A stretch of DNA of 64,000 nt from Lingula anatina (lineage: Eukaryota; Animalia; Brachiopoda). The notes beneath the pieces are model-generated. The model saw only the letters and a list, made by a program, of their open reading frames with translations. It did not search any database and was not told the DNA's origin. This document shows, piece by piece, positions 1-13,917 of this stretch (position 1 is its first letter; the number at the start of each line of letters is the position of its first letter). The DNA lies in assembly GCA_051362555.1 (NCBI GenBank), contig CM120645.1, positions 9,858,001 to 9,922,000 of the forward strand, in the 5' to 3' direction. The translations under genes and the position numbers were made by a program.

Positions 1-669
1 AAGTTGGACAGCTGAGGCGTCATTTTTATTTTTGCTACTCGGCGGAGAGGGAACCAGCGTTTTCTTTTGCGCCATCTTTTCCACCTTGCCTCTAGGGTTT
101 ACCTTTTGAAAACGCGAGGAGTCAGTTCGTTTGAACTTCTTTTGGTGAATGTTGGGAATTTTGCAAGTCTGAACAGAGTCACTTGATATCGATAACCTGT
201 TAATTGGAGGAGCCAAAAGTTGGCGATTCGACGCTGGGCTCAGGATTTCCTCCACATCAGACGCCGAATAAGGTCTTTCAGGACGACAAGGAGTTAACTC
301 AGACACGTCTTCAATGTTGGCAAATTTCACTGTGCGCTGGAATACAGGCGGGCAACTTAAAGTGCCGTCATTTTCGCACCCAGTCGATTTTGTGATGACG
401 ACTTTGGGGCGACGAGGTCTTTTCGGCAACAGAACTTCGTTGTCCGGAAAGCTACGAGCACGCGCAACTTGCGGTCTCTTAGTTTTACCTGTATGTGAGG
501 AGGCTGAATTCTTCCTAACTTTGTGCTGTTCGTTGACGCAATTCTCCGTCTTTTTCTTGCGACTAGCTTCAAGAGTTTGTGCTTTGTTCGACAGCATGTT
601 TGTACGCACTCTGGAGGCAGATGATAATTTGTGCCTTGTCTGTTTTTCCAAAGTTTTTGTGCTTGCCAT
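1..669 (-). CDS. 5' part of an unidentified basic, Ser/Lys/Arg/Pro-rich protein (>=223 aa, runs off window edge)
   Basis: ATG at 669-667, then 223 stop-free codons to position 1 (MASTKTLEKQTRHKLSSASRVRTNMLSNKAQ...KKTLVPSPPSSKNKNDASAVQL). In-frame TGA upstream at 745-747. Missing from the ORF track because no stop lies in the window. No recognisable domain. Confidence 0.6.
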   Translation of the reverse strand, partial: MASTKTLEKQTRHKLSSASRVRTNMLSNKAQTLEASRKKKTENCVNEQHKVRKNSASSHTGKTKRPQVARARSFPDNEVLLPKRPRRPKVVITKSTGCENDGTLSCPPVFQRTVKFANIEDVSELTPCRPERPYSASDVEEILSPASNRQLLAPPINRLSISSDSVQTCKIPNIHQKKFKRTDSSRFQKVNPRGKVEKMAQKKTLVPSPPSSKNKNDASAVQL

Positions 670-3225
670 TACACCAGAAAGCAAAAACCTTTTTCTTTTA
701 CTCTGTAAATTCGTCACCGGTACGTTTACTGGAAGAATTTCATGTCACTGCGCTATAATTCAGTATCTCATAACGCAAAATGGCTCGTTAAAAGTCCACT
801 GGCGAGTATGGTATATTTCGGATATTTCACTGCTGCTGTATGTTAAATTCAACGTCTTCACCCTGATAAGGTCGCTGCATAATGTATGGAAAATGCCACT
901 TTTTGTTCTTTTAACGCATAAAATACACGGCTGAGTTTATGCATATAAATGGTTCATTATAAGGCTTGAGCTGCCAGAATCGCTGCATGTTCGCTCTTTA
1001 AGGCCGTGATGACGCATTCCTTACATTATCACGCTTTATCAAAACAAATCAAGCACTTTAATTTTCTCGTCTTTATAGGCACCAAGAGGTTTTTATGTCC
1101 ATTTTCTGCAACTCTAGCGCGCAGTCACTCCTGAGTATAACTCTAGGACCTGGCCAGGGTTGGCTTAAAGTACAAGGTTTTAACTCTTCTTTGGCCACCT
1201 TTTCTGGACACCGTCCGCCCTTATTTATTTGGGCCCATAATCGACTTGTCGCCGATGGCCAAGGCCTCGAGTTTGAATTGGAATTCACATTGTTCTTTAA
1301 GCTGCTGCGAGATTTATAACCAGAAATGTATGACGCATTTACACTGCACGTTTTTGTTCCTGCCTGGTCCTAACGCGCGCTGTGCTCTAGATCTGGCGTT
1401 GCCTGTCCACAGTGGCTCCCTGACGACTGCACTAGTAGACCTTGTTTTGAGGGCATGGTTGATCTTTAATTAACTTGTTTGTCTTTTCACACTACGTGGT
1501 ATTTATTTGGACGCGTTATTGTTGTTTACGATGCTACTTTTGACCTTTTCTGAAAATTGTGCTGAAATAGCAAAGGTTAATTTGGAACTGTTCTAAGAAA
1601 CTTTACCATTAAAGAAAACAAACCGTTACATCAAAGTTAGATGTTAAAACGTATGTAGATGTAAAAATAGTAGGTAGTCTTTGTTTGTCATTGCGGTTGC
1701 TATGCAACACATCAATGTTGTTCTTAGTGGCGATTGCGTTTTCTTAGAACGCACTGTTTGCCATTTTAAAACTGTGCCCGTTGTATCCATTTTACTTCTA
1801 TTGAAAATCTTTTATATAATTACTGAAATTTTAAAAACTGCCGACCATGTAAGAAAAATAAAATCCGTATTTTTATTTAATCAGTAGAGTTCACTGTATA
1901 TTACTTAAAATACAGGCCAGGTTCTATGGGATTTTACCACCAGTATGAAAGAAATGCACCTAACTGTCTTGGACTTGTTTTTACAGCTTTGAATACTTCA
2001 TTATATACTTCTTTATTCAAATGTGACCAGAGGCCGTATTCTTGAAAGGTTGTAACTTACAGATTCTTGTAACTTTTCACGTATATCCGATTGTTGTCGT
2101 AAGCTGGTATTCTGGAAGGTTTGTAAGCTACAAAGTTTCGAGAATAAGTCCCCAGGAGTCGATGGTTTTTTGTGACGTACACAGTTCAAATGTTTAGCAT
2201 TGATCTGACTACTGTATTGAAGGTGAAACCAATTTATTGATATACCTATTTTATCAGGAGAGAAAGAAGTCATTTAAATAAATAATAAAATTAAAAACGA
2301 GTTATTTGTTTCATGTGCCATCTATGAATCTAGCAAAGATCAATAATCAATATCAACAGAAAATTCTCTAAAAAACTGTACTTGTGGTTAACTTTCGCCA
2401 AACCTGTGTATAAAGCAAGTGCTAAACACCTTTTTTAGGTCCTAGGTCCCAAGAACCCATTATACTCCGAAACTACCTTATCAGGACACGTGTTACGGGT
2501 AATTACGACTGGAAGTCCGAAGGGCAATGGCTCCCCTGGCAGTTTTGGTCAACCGCACAAAGGTCGTCTGCTGCGAAAACGCGTCACTCGATTTGAGAAT
2601 TAAGCCGGCTAGTTAGACGAAGCATGCGCTGTGAGATGGAATAAATAACTGACGCAGGGGTGGCTGGGATAGTGTAATTTCTTTGAAAGCAATGAACCAA
2701 TTTCGACAGTTTTGGTTCGGTTTTTAGATTGACTAGGAGACACATTGCATGAGTCCAGTAATAAGTAGTGATAGCACATTCAGCTAATGTATGTAAAACA
2801 TGTCAGAATTTTTTTAACACTTTCTTCAGCTGTTTTCAATAATCCAATCACTACGGACAAATGAATTTTTTTACCTCAGGAATTGGTTTCTGTCGCTACT
2901 CTTAAAAGTGACACATAAAAGCCATTAAAGTTTAACATAGCACGAAGAGGTACAACTACGTTGGCATGTACTTAAGACTGATACGTTAAATAGTTGATGT
3001 ACATTACCGCTGTTGCATTTAATTAAACCACTGAAACAAATTGCAAGGTCTCTGCAAAATAAGGGGGCGTAGGCCGAGTCTGGATTTACTGAAGCACGTT
3101 AAGAAGATTTACTTATACACTGATCAATTCCGCAAAATGTCCTAATCTGAAGCGTATTTATAACTAGGCTACATAGAACGGTATAATGATATAGATTTCA
3201 CAACTCAAATGTACCCCCAAATGCC

Positions 3226-5192
3226 TTAAAAACCGACTTGAGAGGTTGTTGAATCAGACGCCATCCAGATAATATTTGAAGGGGGCGTCCCGCAAAACGA
3301 GGTGGCAAGGACTGTCGTGTATGCCCCCATGTTGGGCACGTACAACCAGTCTCCGATGTCCAATTCGGGCAGTTGGATGTTCTGTGCAAGGCGATCGTCG
3401 GGGTTGAGTGTTGAACCCCAGACGTTGCTCTTATGGAACGGCACCAAGGGTTTGTCCTGCAAAATCAAACCTTAACAATAACATATCATTATTATTATTT
3501 CTTTTTTTCTTAATTTTTATTTTGAATTCATTTAGTTCAGGGTAGATTTGGAATTCATTACAGGTTAATTTTTTATCACATAGGTTCAAGTAGTGGAGGG
3601 TTTCTAAAAACTATATGAACTTAAATGGTAAATGGTAAGGATCTGGATAGAGAAAAAAGCTAAGGTGATCGCGAGGGAAAGGTTTTGGTCACAGATATTT
3701 TTATTCATTTGGTGAAAAATGCCGCAAAGTTGCCTGCTGAAAACATAAATAGTGCCAACATTTTCCCAATCTTTTTGTCTGATCTACGTAGGTACCTCAA
3801 GCAGGTGGAAGTCTGGAACTTTCTTATCATATGTCACTGTCTTACTGAATGCGCCATGAACCCCATCGTTAAGGTAGTAATCGTATACATCATTTGAGAC
3901 CTGAAAGGAAATAGACATGTATGGCCGCATCCAGAACAGATGATCCGCGATCTAACTGAGTTGGCCTGAAGGCGGGGTGACCATCAGGGGATAAGGCGGC
4001 TTGTTTATACGTGGGGTCAGCCGTATTTAGTCTTATTTAGTTAGTCAGCGGATAATTTGTTCTGAATGCGACCAATGGTAAACAAAAAAATCCAAACATG
4101 TATAATAAAGACGCACCTAATATAAGGTTACATTAATGTGTAGTGACATGTAAAAAGTGAAAATATTGTTTTAAAAAGAAGAAAACGCAAGATTAATTTA
4201 TTGTTCCCGGATAATGTTAGAGTACATTTAAAGGGTCTTACCCGTTTACCAATCACTCTTAGTACATAAGTGAAAGCCGACTGCACGTAGTACGTCCCGG
4301 GTTCCGCAATGACAACAACATTTTCTTCAGTTGGAAAATATTCATCCAGAGTTTTATTGATTCTTTTTGCCCCATCGGCGAATGTCGGGTTGCCTTCGGT
4401 TGAATAACCGGGGAATCCACCACCGATGTCCAGGAAGTTGAAGTTGAAGCCGATGGTTTTAGCTAAATCGAAGACACGACGACAAAAGATTATGGTGTCC
4501 AAGTGGGAAACGACATCGAAACCGGAGCGACCTATTTGAAAACTAAATAAAGGTTAAAGTTACAATTTGAGTATTCCTCATTTGTCTATGTTTGCTTATG
4601 CAATACGAGTCTGCAATGAGAGCGAAATGAGACATGACCGATATAAATCCATTTGAAAAACAGAAAGAATAAAAAATTGCTAAAAAAATTGCTATCCAAG
4701 TGCTTTCCCTGTTTATGCTTTATCAGTTTGTGTGCAGACGACAAACGGACTTTTTGTTTGGTGCCAAAACTAGACTTCCATTATCATCCAAAATGGAGCT
4801 TCGTTTTGACATCAAACACACGTACATTTTGTCATTGAGTTAGTGCCAAAACGAAGCAATCGTATGCCACGGTTCTATGTCTATCGGTTTACACGGACGT
4901 TAGCGTTGTACATTCCAAATGAACAGATAACGCGGAAGTATACCAGAGTGTTTTAAACCAATCAAATTACAGACTTTTCGTTGACTGAACAGTAATTCTG
5001 ATTGTATTTAGTTACTGCATTTATCATGAACATCTAAAGCCTTTATTTCATTAAGCACGCCTAGCCTCAGTAGGAATAAAACGCACATTTCCTAGCTTAC
5101 GCCATATAGCATTATTGGATAAATATTCAACTAAAATATTAACGCAGAAAATAACGTGAATCAAATAAAATCAATCATATTAACGTTTCTGG

Positions 5193-5228
<36 letters not shown>

Positions 5229-6189
5229 TCCAGAATATAGAATAGTGCCAATGGTACAGCGATTAAAGATAACCAAAGAACTGGTTCAGAAGCTGCAGGG
5301 TTACCTGACACCAACCACATTGAGATCCATTTTTTTGGCCTTCACTAGGAGGTCTTCGCATCGATCGGCCAGGCACCCGTACTTTTCATCAATTACGTCA
5401 CCAGAGCCCCTTTCAAATGGTAAAATCCTTAAAACAAGGCTAGTCGTAGGGTTTATACTCTTAATCTTGACTAATTCATGCTCATTGTCAAACACCATCA
5501 AATTAATTCCAAATTCAGATGCTGATTTGATATCGTCTGGATCTTTGACTGGGTGGCCATATATAATCCTATCAGTTTCTACCCCAAGCTTCAAAATCTG
5601 TTCAATGTCTGAAATGTTGCAGCAGTCAAATCCCGCCCCGAGTGCCGCAATGGTCTTCACGACTGGTTCAGTGTTGTTACATTTCACGGCGTAGAAGGGT
5701 TTGACACGTGGCATCAGTTCCACCCAGCGCTTGTGTTTGTTAACGATGTCATCCAAGTTGGCAATATAGTAAGGGCGCTGCAATCAAATTGTTGTTATTG
5801 AATTGGTTAAACCTCTGTTTATGAAAACGATACATCTTACTAGCACCTAAAGAACAGGCCTTGTAATCGGTAACAATAATAATAATAGTAATAGTGGAGC
5901 ATTAGAATGAATATAGGCCTACGCTTAATGTTTTTGCATAAACACCATCTTTATGATATTTAAAATATCAATACTTAATAATATCATTTGATTGTTATAC
6001 TTTATCATGAATGACAGACACTTTTGAGGGTATTTACTATTGCTTTTAGACCGACTATGGCTGTTTTCAAAGTACCATTCCTACCCTGTTAGCCCCTTCA
6101 CTTATTTTGTCTTTGATAAGTTGCTGTATTGCCTTGCTGTTACAGTTTCCATGAAGATTTTCCGTGCAATGGGTCTGAATTGTTGTCAT
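3226..6189 (-). CDS. Ornithine decarboxylase-like protein A (fold-type III PLP enzyme family), intact, 5 coding exons, ~404 aa
   Basis: Exons 6189-6085, 5777-5305, 4542-4242, 3900-3796, 3456-3226; all GT-AG and in frame. Motifs PFYAVKCN, GFDC, LVLRI, LDIGGGFPG, AEPGTYY, YYLNDGVHG, WGSTLNPDD, NMGAYT. Confidence 0.93.
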
Positions 6190-6613
6190 TTTTCTTTCTT
6201 TCCAAGAATGTTCAGAGAAACTGAAATTAATGGTATATTTAGAACAAAGACCTATAAGTCATAGAAAATGCCGAAACCATTTGAATAATTTGTAATTTTT
6301 TTGACGTTTGGTTATTTTGTATCATATTTTTATTCTACCTCTGTTGTTTGGCAACGAATCGCTTGTTAGACAATACGTGAAATGATAAGACGTCTAAAGT
6401 CCACAATGGCAATAGCATATTTAGTAAAAATGTTTGTAGTGACATGTAACAGAGATTTAGCTACTAAGTTCAATTTCTTCTACTGCGGTCGGATAAACAA
6501 TGTAATTAGCCCTGCATTCTAGGGTGCGAATATCTCTAGATTGTGTATAAAATATGAGTTAAAGTATAAGTGTCAGTGCTCTTTCGGTACAAACAGGCCT
6601 TTTGCAGGTGGCT

Positions 6614-6720
6614 GTCACGTGACTAGATACCGCGTGACATCGCCATTCTGGAGAGCAAGCTCCTCTGTAAACAAAACAAGTCAATAAGGCGGCATATAGC
6701 CACAAAATGCCTATTGGTTT
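6614..6720 (-). promoter_or_regulatory. Candidate proximal promoter of ODC-like A: palindromic E-box GTCACGTGAC and a CCAAT box
   Basis: GTCACGTGAC at 6614-6623 and ATTGG (CCAAT on minus) at ~6713-6717, 0.4-0.5 kb upstream of the ATG. Motif match only. Confidence 0.3.
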
Positions 6721-9700
6721 TAAACACCCTGCTTTCATTAAGGGGCACAAGTCAGTCTAAAACCAGGAGAGTGGCACCGTGGCATTTTCTCTGGGTGAAA
6801 GTGATATTTTTCTCCACCTCGAACATCGAGGAATTTAACTCTCGGATGACGACCCCAGAATCTTAGCCTACTGCAGTGTGGGACATACATTTGTTGTCGC
6901 AAGGGAAAGTGAAACAGACCAAAACTCACAATTTGGCCCTTACAGGACACTGTGTTATGTGTAACTGATCACAAAAGCATAGCCAGTAACATGAATTTTC
7001 GATACATTGTGCTGGGTACATCTCATTAGGATAAGATATTGACGTAAAAGTTAGGCCTACCAGTAATTTATTTCAGATAGCCTCCCGGAAGATCCCACCA
7101 CCTGACCCTCCAAGTGAACGCAAAATCATTGACAGCATAAACTCAAAGTATGGCTTTTTTATCATAAAAGGTGATTTCAAGAAAGCATCTAAACTGATTT
7201 GATGAACCACCTTCATGATATGTAAGCCTATACCTTCAGTTTTGATGATACTTATGTAGCTCGCTTTATGTGAAATTGCCATTTAACTTACCCTGGGCAT
7301 TGTCACTTGTAATACTGTCAGTCTTGGAAGAGGTTTGTTAATCAATCAAAAGAGCGGGGGTAAGCATCTATCTACCACAGGCCGGCTGAATGATGACGTC
7401 AGTTTTATGGGAAGATTCCCACAGTATGGCAAAGTGCATAGAATTAATTAGCTACAGAAATGACAGCGAATATCTTGTAAAGAGTCAGACTGTGACCCTG
7501 ATGTGTAGTGAATACGTCTAGCTCATTAAACGGTTTAACGTGCATATACCGGCATCGCCAGCATGGTAATGTGGCGCAAATGTTTGACAAAAGGTAGCTA
7601 CCATTTAAAGTGTATAATTATTTAAAAGTAACACCCTACTTGTCATGGTATAATAGGAACGTTTGTAGGGCTTATGTTTACAAGGTGTGATGCAAATTAT
7701 TTTAGTGATATGAGCAGTTATTTTGAATGTCAAATGCGATAGGTACTGGTATACAGTCTTGTGTTTTCTTTGGTATACCCAACTGCGTAAATGATTCTGT
7801 TTAAATATGTAAGCAGTACAGGACAGCTTGTTTACCTCTGTATTTGTTGAATCTTCTTGTTACAATTCTTATTTTTGCAATTACATGTACTTCGTGCGGG
7901 AAGCATTTCAATAAAAAAATTATAAAGGGGATTCACAATTTCGGTGAAAATATTCAAGTTCTGTTGCGTTACATACACCGTTATCTTGGTGAACAGTAGC
8001 AATTGAAATGTATAACATATATTATGTCTTTCGCATTATTACGCGATTTCCAATTGTGTTTGTTGTGATACCGATAAGGGTGCGCCGCAGCATTGCTTCT
8101 CCAAAATACCCTAGCTGTACATGTGCAACGGCATAAGACGCCTCCATACAGGTACATGCCTTAACCAATAAACACATTAAAAAATCAAAAAGCAATTCAA
8201 TATAGCCCACACGATATCGTTAGACAGTATGAACAACTGTTTGTGTTGCAATTACAGATTTGTGAAATAGCAGGAAGTGGAAAGAGGCTTCTTAGTCCAC
8301 AAAACGATGTCTCTTGAAACAGTATCACAAAGAAAGACAGAGACACTTGTAAATGAAAATTAAGCGCCCATCACACTACTTTTAGTGTAGCTAAGTACTC
8401 AAAGAACATAATTACCTGTTCAATCCCGTCCTTGTAAAATATTGATCACCATAGCATTATCTTGCTCGTAAGAGTAACAATTTAATTTATATAGTGAATA
8501 TATGTAATTTGATAATTTCTTAATTGATATTTTGTTCACTTCTTGTTACATAAGCATACAGTATTTTTATAAGTAGCATAACCAAACAATGTAACACGTA
8601 GCATTAAATTCTGAATGAATAATGATCAATTATAATTCCAACAGTCGTCAGTGCTGTAATTTGTGCAGAACATCAGCTACTAAACTTATAAGATACTTGG
8701 ACGGCACATTGCTAGTAGTCTAGTTGCTGCTTTTATTCCTGTCTTCAACCAATACTATATATATGAACTCCTTGTGAGGCAAGGCAGATAATGACAAAAT
8801 GCACTCTGATATCGCAGGGGTGCAGCCTGTTGTAAAATTGAAGAAGAGGCGGTTCAGCATTTATGCAACAGGCTAGAAGCGACCCCTGTGGTCCGAGAGA
8901 AAAGATAAACCGTTTTGAAATGTGATGATATATAATGGGATGATGGCAACTTTGGTGAAAGGTTGAATACTCTAACGACCGCGAATGCCACTTGCGCAAT
9001 TGCGTTTTTGGTGAAACGGGTTGTACAAGCTCCCTTTGAATAACACATAAAGCGACTTTAACACAAAAACTCACTTTTAGATCCTCAAACAGTCTAAATA
9101 AACAAGATCCATGTCATAATATGAATGTTACAGATCATCTAGCCGTATTTCACAGTTAGGGACTAATTTTTAGAAATCTAATCCTGGACTTACAATTTAG
9201 TCTAGCTTTCGAGGCTGCGTCTCCCTCTCGGAGCCTTCAGCTGCTGTACTAATCCTGATCAATTCCTACCCCTATAGTTGGCGAATCTATAATATCCTAC
9301 GTGGCGATATCCAGGCATTTGATGCGATGTCCGTCATAAAGAATATGCCAGTGGTGAACAGTTGGGTTATTTTACCCCCCACTGCAATTATTTGAGTTAA
9401 GTTCTTTTTATGCACAACATCAAAACTATAATATGTATATAGTCTGTCACATCAATAAGAAGTAAAAATACTATATGATGGTGGCGTTTGCAGGTCACAA
9501 GGTAAAACATGACATGTCGAAAATAAACTACATACGATGTTTATCTATGGAACAAGTAATAGTATGATGTCCCATGACTACCCCAAAGAAGCTGTAAATG
9601 GGTTGGAATGATCTAATATTTCATAAAGAATTAAAATATGCCCCAGATGAAAAGTTGGAGACACACGTACATGTAGGCCTTTATTAGTTTCATCGCAGTT

Positions 9701-10251
9701 ATTTGTTGCAAAAACCAACAGCTTGGAATTCGATTTTGAGGTTAATTTTTCTTGCACTACAGCAAAATTGCTAGGCCTATGATGGTACATGTAGTAGGAC
9801 ATGAGTTAACGCATGGCATGTGATATGAAATATGGCACAAAGTGTCACATGGACTGGTGCGCCTTTACAGGTTCAGTCATACGAAACGTTCACTCAACGT
9901 CAGGGTTAAAGGAGAAATAAAGGCCGCACGTACACTGAACATCTGTTAAAAATAATATATAAAACTAATAACACCAGATTAACTGTTACATTTACACTCT
10001 CACACTGTATGAATCGCATGTCTACATAATAATCGTATTATACAAATGACACCATATTAGACTCTGAACAATGAATCACAACAAACACAATGAATATCAA
10101 GCACCAAAACCCACATTTTATCAGAAACCCCTCTTCCACTTTTACTAAGGATCCACTGGTAGTGCCCGTCTCTGAATCGGGAGGATGTGGGTTCTATCCC
10201 GCCCGGTGACGTCCCAGTCCTTCATAGCCAGTGCCTGCTGTCTCCCCGCTC

Positions 10252-11020
10252 CAGGGGCGGATCCAGGATTATTTGAAGGAGGAGGTAAGGGGGGTCCGCG
10301 GATGTGTAGCCGTCCTCAACCGAACCCCTTATCTCCCAGAATTTTGGTGTTTTAGACGACGAACGGTGCCATTTGATACGCTTTAGAACCAGAATATGTT
10401 TTAATACGATGGCATTAGGATGCTCCTGATTGTGGCGGGCTGACCCCGCTCATGCACGCCATCTATCGGGGAAGACTGGGAATAGTGAATTTTTTCACCA
10501 AACGTGCGCTTTCAATGAAAAGTGGGTCTGTGTATTTAAGAATTTGGGCAACGAAAAGATTTGCTTATGTTAATTGTTTCTGCGTAAAAGATCGTGTTTA
10601 GCAATAACTATTCATATCATTTCGTCTTCCCTTTCCATTTATAATTTACAAAATTCTGGGCGACTCCCGTTTACGCCACACCGTAAAACATAATATGTTA
10701 AATATAGCATTTTTTTCAAAATTCGATATATGCGTGAAAATTATAAATAAAATAACTTTAATATGTTTTCTTTTCTATTGTAAAGTTACCATTAGCTGCA
10801 CTTTCAGGAAGGTGTGACCTTGAAATACTTGATAACGAGGCTTTCAGAGCGTTAAGGCACTATAAAAAAAATCAACTTGCATGATGTTTTTTTAATTGTG
10901 CGTGCTATTTGTAATATATGCAGCCTTTGTGAGAAACTGACAGTGGCAAATCTGTTCTGGGTGCGATGGAAATTACTGGTATATATAAGTAATATCAGAA
11001 CTCGATCAAAAATAAGATGG
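10252..11020 (+). mobile_element. Repeat beginning CAGGGGCGGATCCAGG (DNA-transposon/MITE-like end) with an ankyrin-like fragment; left edge of duplicated block 1
   Basis: Near-identical to 40348-41090; similar CAGGGGTGGATAC ends at ~27600 and ~61914. Confidence 0.5.
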
Positions 11021-13917
11021 AGCAGAAAGGAAGCTTCATAAATGTCAATGACTACACAGTTGACAATGACTTTAGAATCCCATCTAAGATTATGTATTAC
11101 TTAATTGATTAAGTTAAAAATAAATTTTCTGAGTGAAATCTGTTTTATACAGGCAGCAACCTTTAAAAGCCCTCTCCATTCAAGCCCATAACGGTTCAGT
11201 ACGTGTACATTGAACCAAAGTTTAATTTTTATGTAGAATTAAGATCCAATCCAGGTATGGTTTTGAAACGTGTATTTAAAATTGAAACAAGCTTACATAT
11301 ATGATCAGTCATGCACTTAATGAAATGTTTATAAATAATTGTTCCAAGTAATACATGCTGTTGATTTACTATAACTTTACTAAATATTACCTATATAAAA
11401 GACTGTCCTAAATATTAACGATGTATTCAATATTTCTTTCATTTTGCCAATTTTCATTGATTTTTGCCACCATTATCTGTTTATCTGCCCGCACGCGGAG
11501 TTGAGCTCAGTTTTTCGTTGATCTTGTTCTAGTAATTGATATCTCCTCTATGCAAATATATGCATACAAACACATAAACTGTTGCCCTAAATTCCACGTC
11601 CTGCTTTAATTTCATCAGACACCAGGCAGAATAATTCCGGTCGAGCAATTCCGTTAAAGGAGGTTGCAAGCACAGTAGTGTATGCCCCCATGTTAGGCAC
11701 GTACAACTAGTCTCCGATGTCCAGCTCGGGCAATAGGATGTTCTGTACCAGGAGATCAGTAGGGCTGAGTGTTGGACCCCACAATGTGCTTTGATAGACC
11801 GGCATTTTGTCTTTTTCCTACAATATTACACAAATGTTTTTTTTAAACCTAAACACTATATACCAGCAAAGACGAAATATACAAAACGTTGCAATCTGCA
11901 AGGACTTCTGCAAACTGAAAAGACAGCATGCAGAAATGGATATATAGAAGTATAAATTATGGAAACATGGTAGGAGACAAAAAGGAGAGTGGGTCTTATA
12001 CAGAGTTATTGGATTATTACACGTCACTATCACGTCAAAGCAACCGCGGATATTCTTGAATGAGGGAGGTCCATAAAAACACGCCTTGTAGTGAAGTTTT
12101 TAGTGGGCTTTTTTTTCCAAAAAATATTTACCCAATCAATTATATTTCTAGTAAGCATACTAAAACTATAAAGGTTGAGGCGTTACGTTGACGCTCATCT
12201 TGCGGTGTAGATCCTGTTTACTCGATACATACCTTGAAAACGTAAAACTCTGCATTAAGCCTTTCGACATATGATGGCATTGTGAAAAGGAATGCCCCAT
12301 GCATTCCATCATTGAGATAGTACACGTATGACTGTTCAGGGTCCTTAAAGTGGCAGGAAAAAAGAAACCAACATGAAAATAGGTTGAAATATATATATGA
12401 CAGAAAGACTGATACACTTATGTCAAAATTAAAAAAATAGCATGTACCTTGTCTGAGGGCGCCGAGCGTTGAACTCGTTTACCGATAACTCTAAGTGCCA
12501 AGGTGAAGGCCGACTGAACGTAGTATGTTCCAGGTTCAGCAATGACAACAACATTTTCTTCCTTGGGGGAAATATTCGTCCAGAGCCGTGTTTATGTCTT
12601 TGGCAACATCAGCAAATGTTGGTTTGCCTTTGACTGCATAACCGGGGAACCCTCCACCAATGTCCAGTAAGCTGAAGTTGTAGCCAATGGCTTTGGCTTC
12701 ATCAAAGATTTCACGGCACAAGCGTATGGTGTTTTGGTAGGCCATGGAATCGAAACAGAATCCACCAATATGAAAACTAAGCGAAACATTACTTTTGTGT
12801 AACACTCTGAAATGTCACACTATAACAAACAAAATATTTTTGAATATCACAGCATTGTAATTACTTTAGTAAGTTTTATATTAAATATTGCACATAACAA
12901 CTAATCGCGGCTGAATTTCAATTAAATTTAAAAATCAAAAAAGCAAAGGGAAACATTAAACAAAAACTGAAAAAAGGTCGAGGTCTGATAACAATTTACG
13001 AAAAACAACATCAATTTAGATATGTGTTTTAACCTACGTTAAACTGCAGAAGTACAAGAGGTGTAATTTAAAACTATTCGAGTTTAGTAAAGATTGTGGA
13101 ATACCTGACCCCTACGACCACCAGTGTCATTTCTTTTGCTTTCTCAAGAAGTTCTTTGCATTGGTCGACGGCGCAACCATACATTTCGCCGTATTCATAA
13201 ACACCCTTGTTTACTTGTGGGCAAATCCGCAACACAAGCCTGGCGTCAGGAAAGAGACTCTATATCTTGATTAATTCATACTCGTTGTCAAAGGTCATAA
13301 GGTCGACTCCTTGTTCTGAGGCACGTTTGATGTCTTGGGGATCTTTGCAGGGATGGGCATATATAATCCGATCTGTTCCCACCCCCTGGTTTAGAACCTG
13401 TTGGAATTCAGCGCTGCTAGCGCAGTCAAACCCCGCCCCAAGTGCCGCAATGGTCTTCACGACAGGCTCAGTGTTGTTACATTTCACGGCGTAGAAGGGT
13501 TTGACACGAGGCATCAGTTTCACCCAGTGCTTGTGCTTGTTAACGATGTCATCCAAGTTGACAATATAGAAGGGACGCTGCAATAAATTTTATAGAGCCT
13601 CAAAATGACCACAAGTATAACGTAATGTTCCACGTTTTTTGCTTAAACCTACATTGCTCGTTTACATTTGCTTCCATGTCCATTATCAAGTTGGTGCAAG
13701 TATTTTATCACTACGCCTATGGATCTGCTTAAATAGTTATGCAATTGCCATAAAAAAGAATGTCACGAATTGAACGTTGTTGACAAACGGGTGTTAATTA
13801 TTCTTACGTTGATATTTCCTATTTCGCCCTTTATGACACAGAATTACGTAAATAGAAAATCAGAAAGTTTGCAACGTATGTTTAGAATCCCTTAAAGAAT
13901 AATAGGTCTACTTCGTT

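Noticed and set aside
314-934. 206-aa plus-strand ORF
   Set aside because: Largely an antisense shadow of the minus-strand frame at 1-669; no domain features.
5245-5694. Recurrent plus-strand ORFs ending ...AAMVFTTGSVLLHFTA (also 13207, 22054, 46872, 55142)
   Set aside because: Antisense shadows of ODC-like exon 2; they recur only because the exon does.
8840-8866. NAEPP peptide resembling the conserved PPW-ending upstream coding region of ODC/AZIN mRNAs
   Set aside because: Continues as LL rather than W, lies 2.6 kb from the A start, and no PPW uORF was seen upstream of B, E or G.
10155-10215. tRNA-like stretch (TGGTAG...GGTTCTATCCC)
   Set aside because: No convincing cloverleaf; at most a decayed SINE head.
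12565-13262. In-frame TAG and +1 shift in B as possible programmed readthrough or antizyme-style frameshifting
   Set aside because: Three separate lesions, none shared with paralog E and no stimulatory context; simple pseudogenisation explains them.
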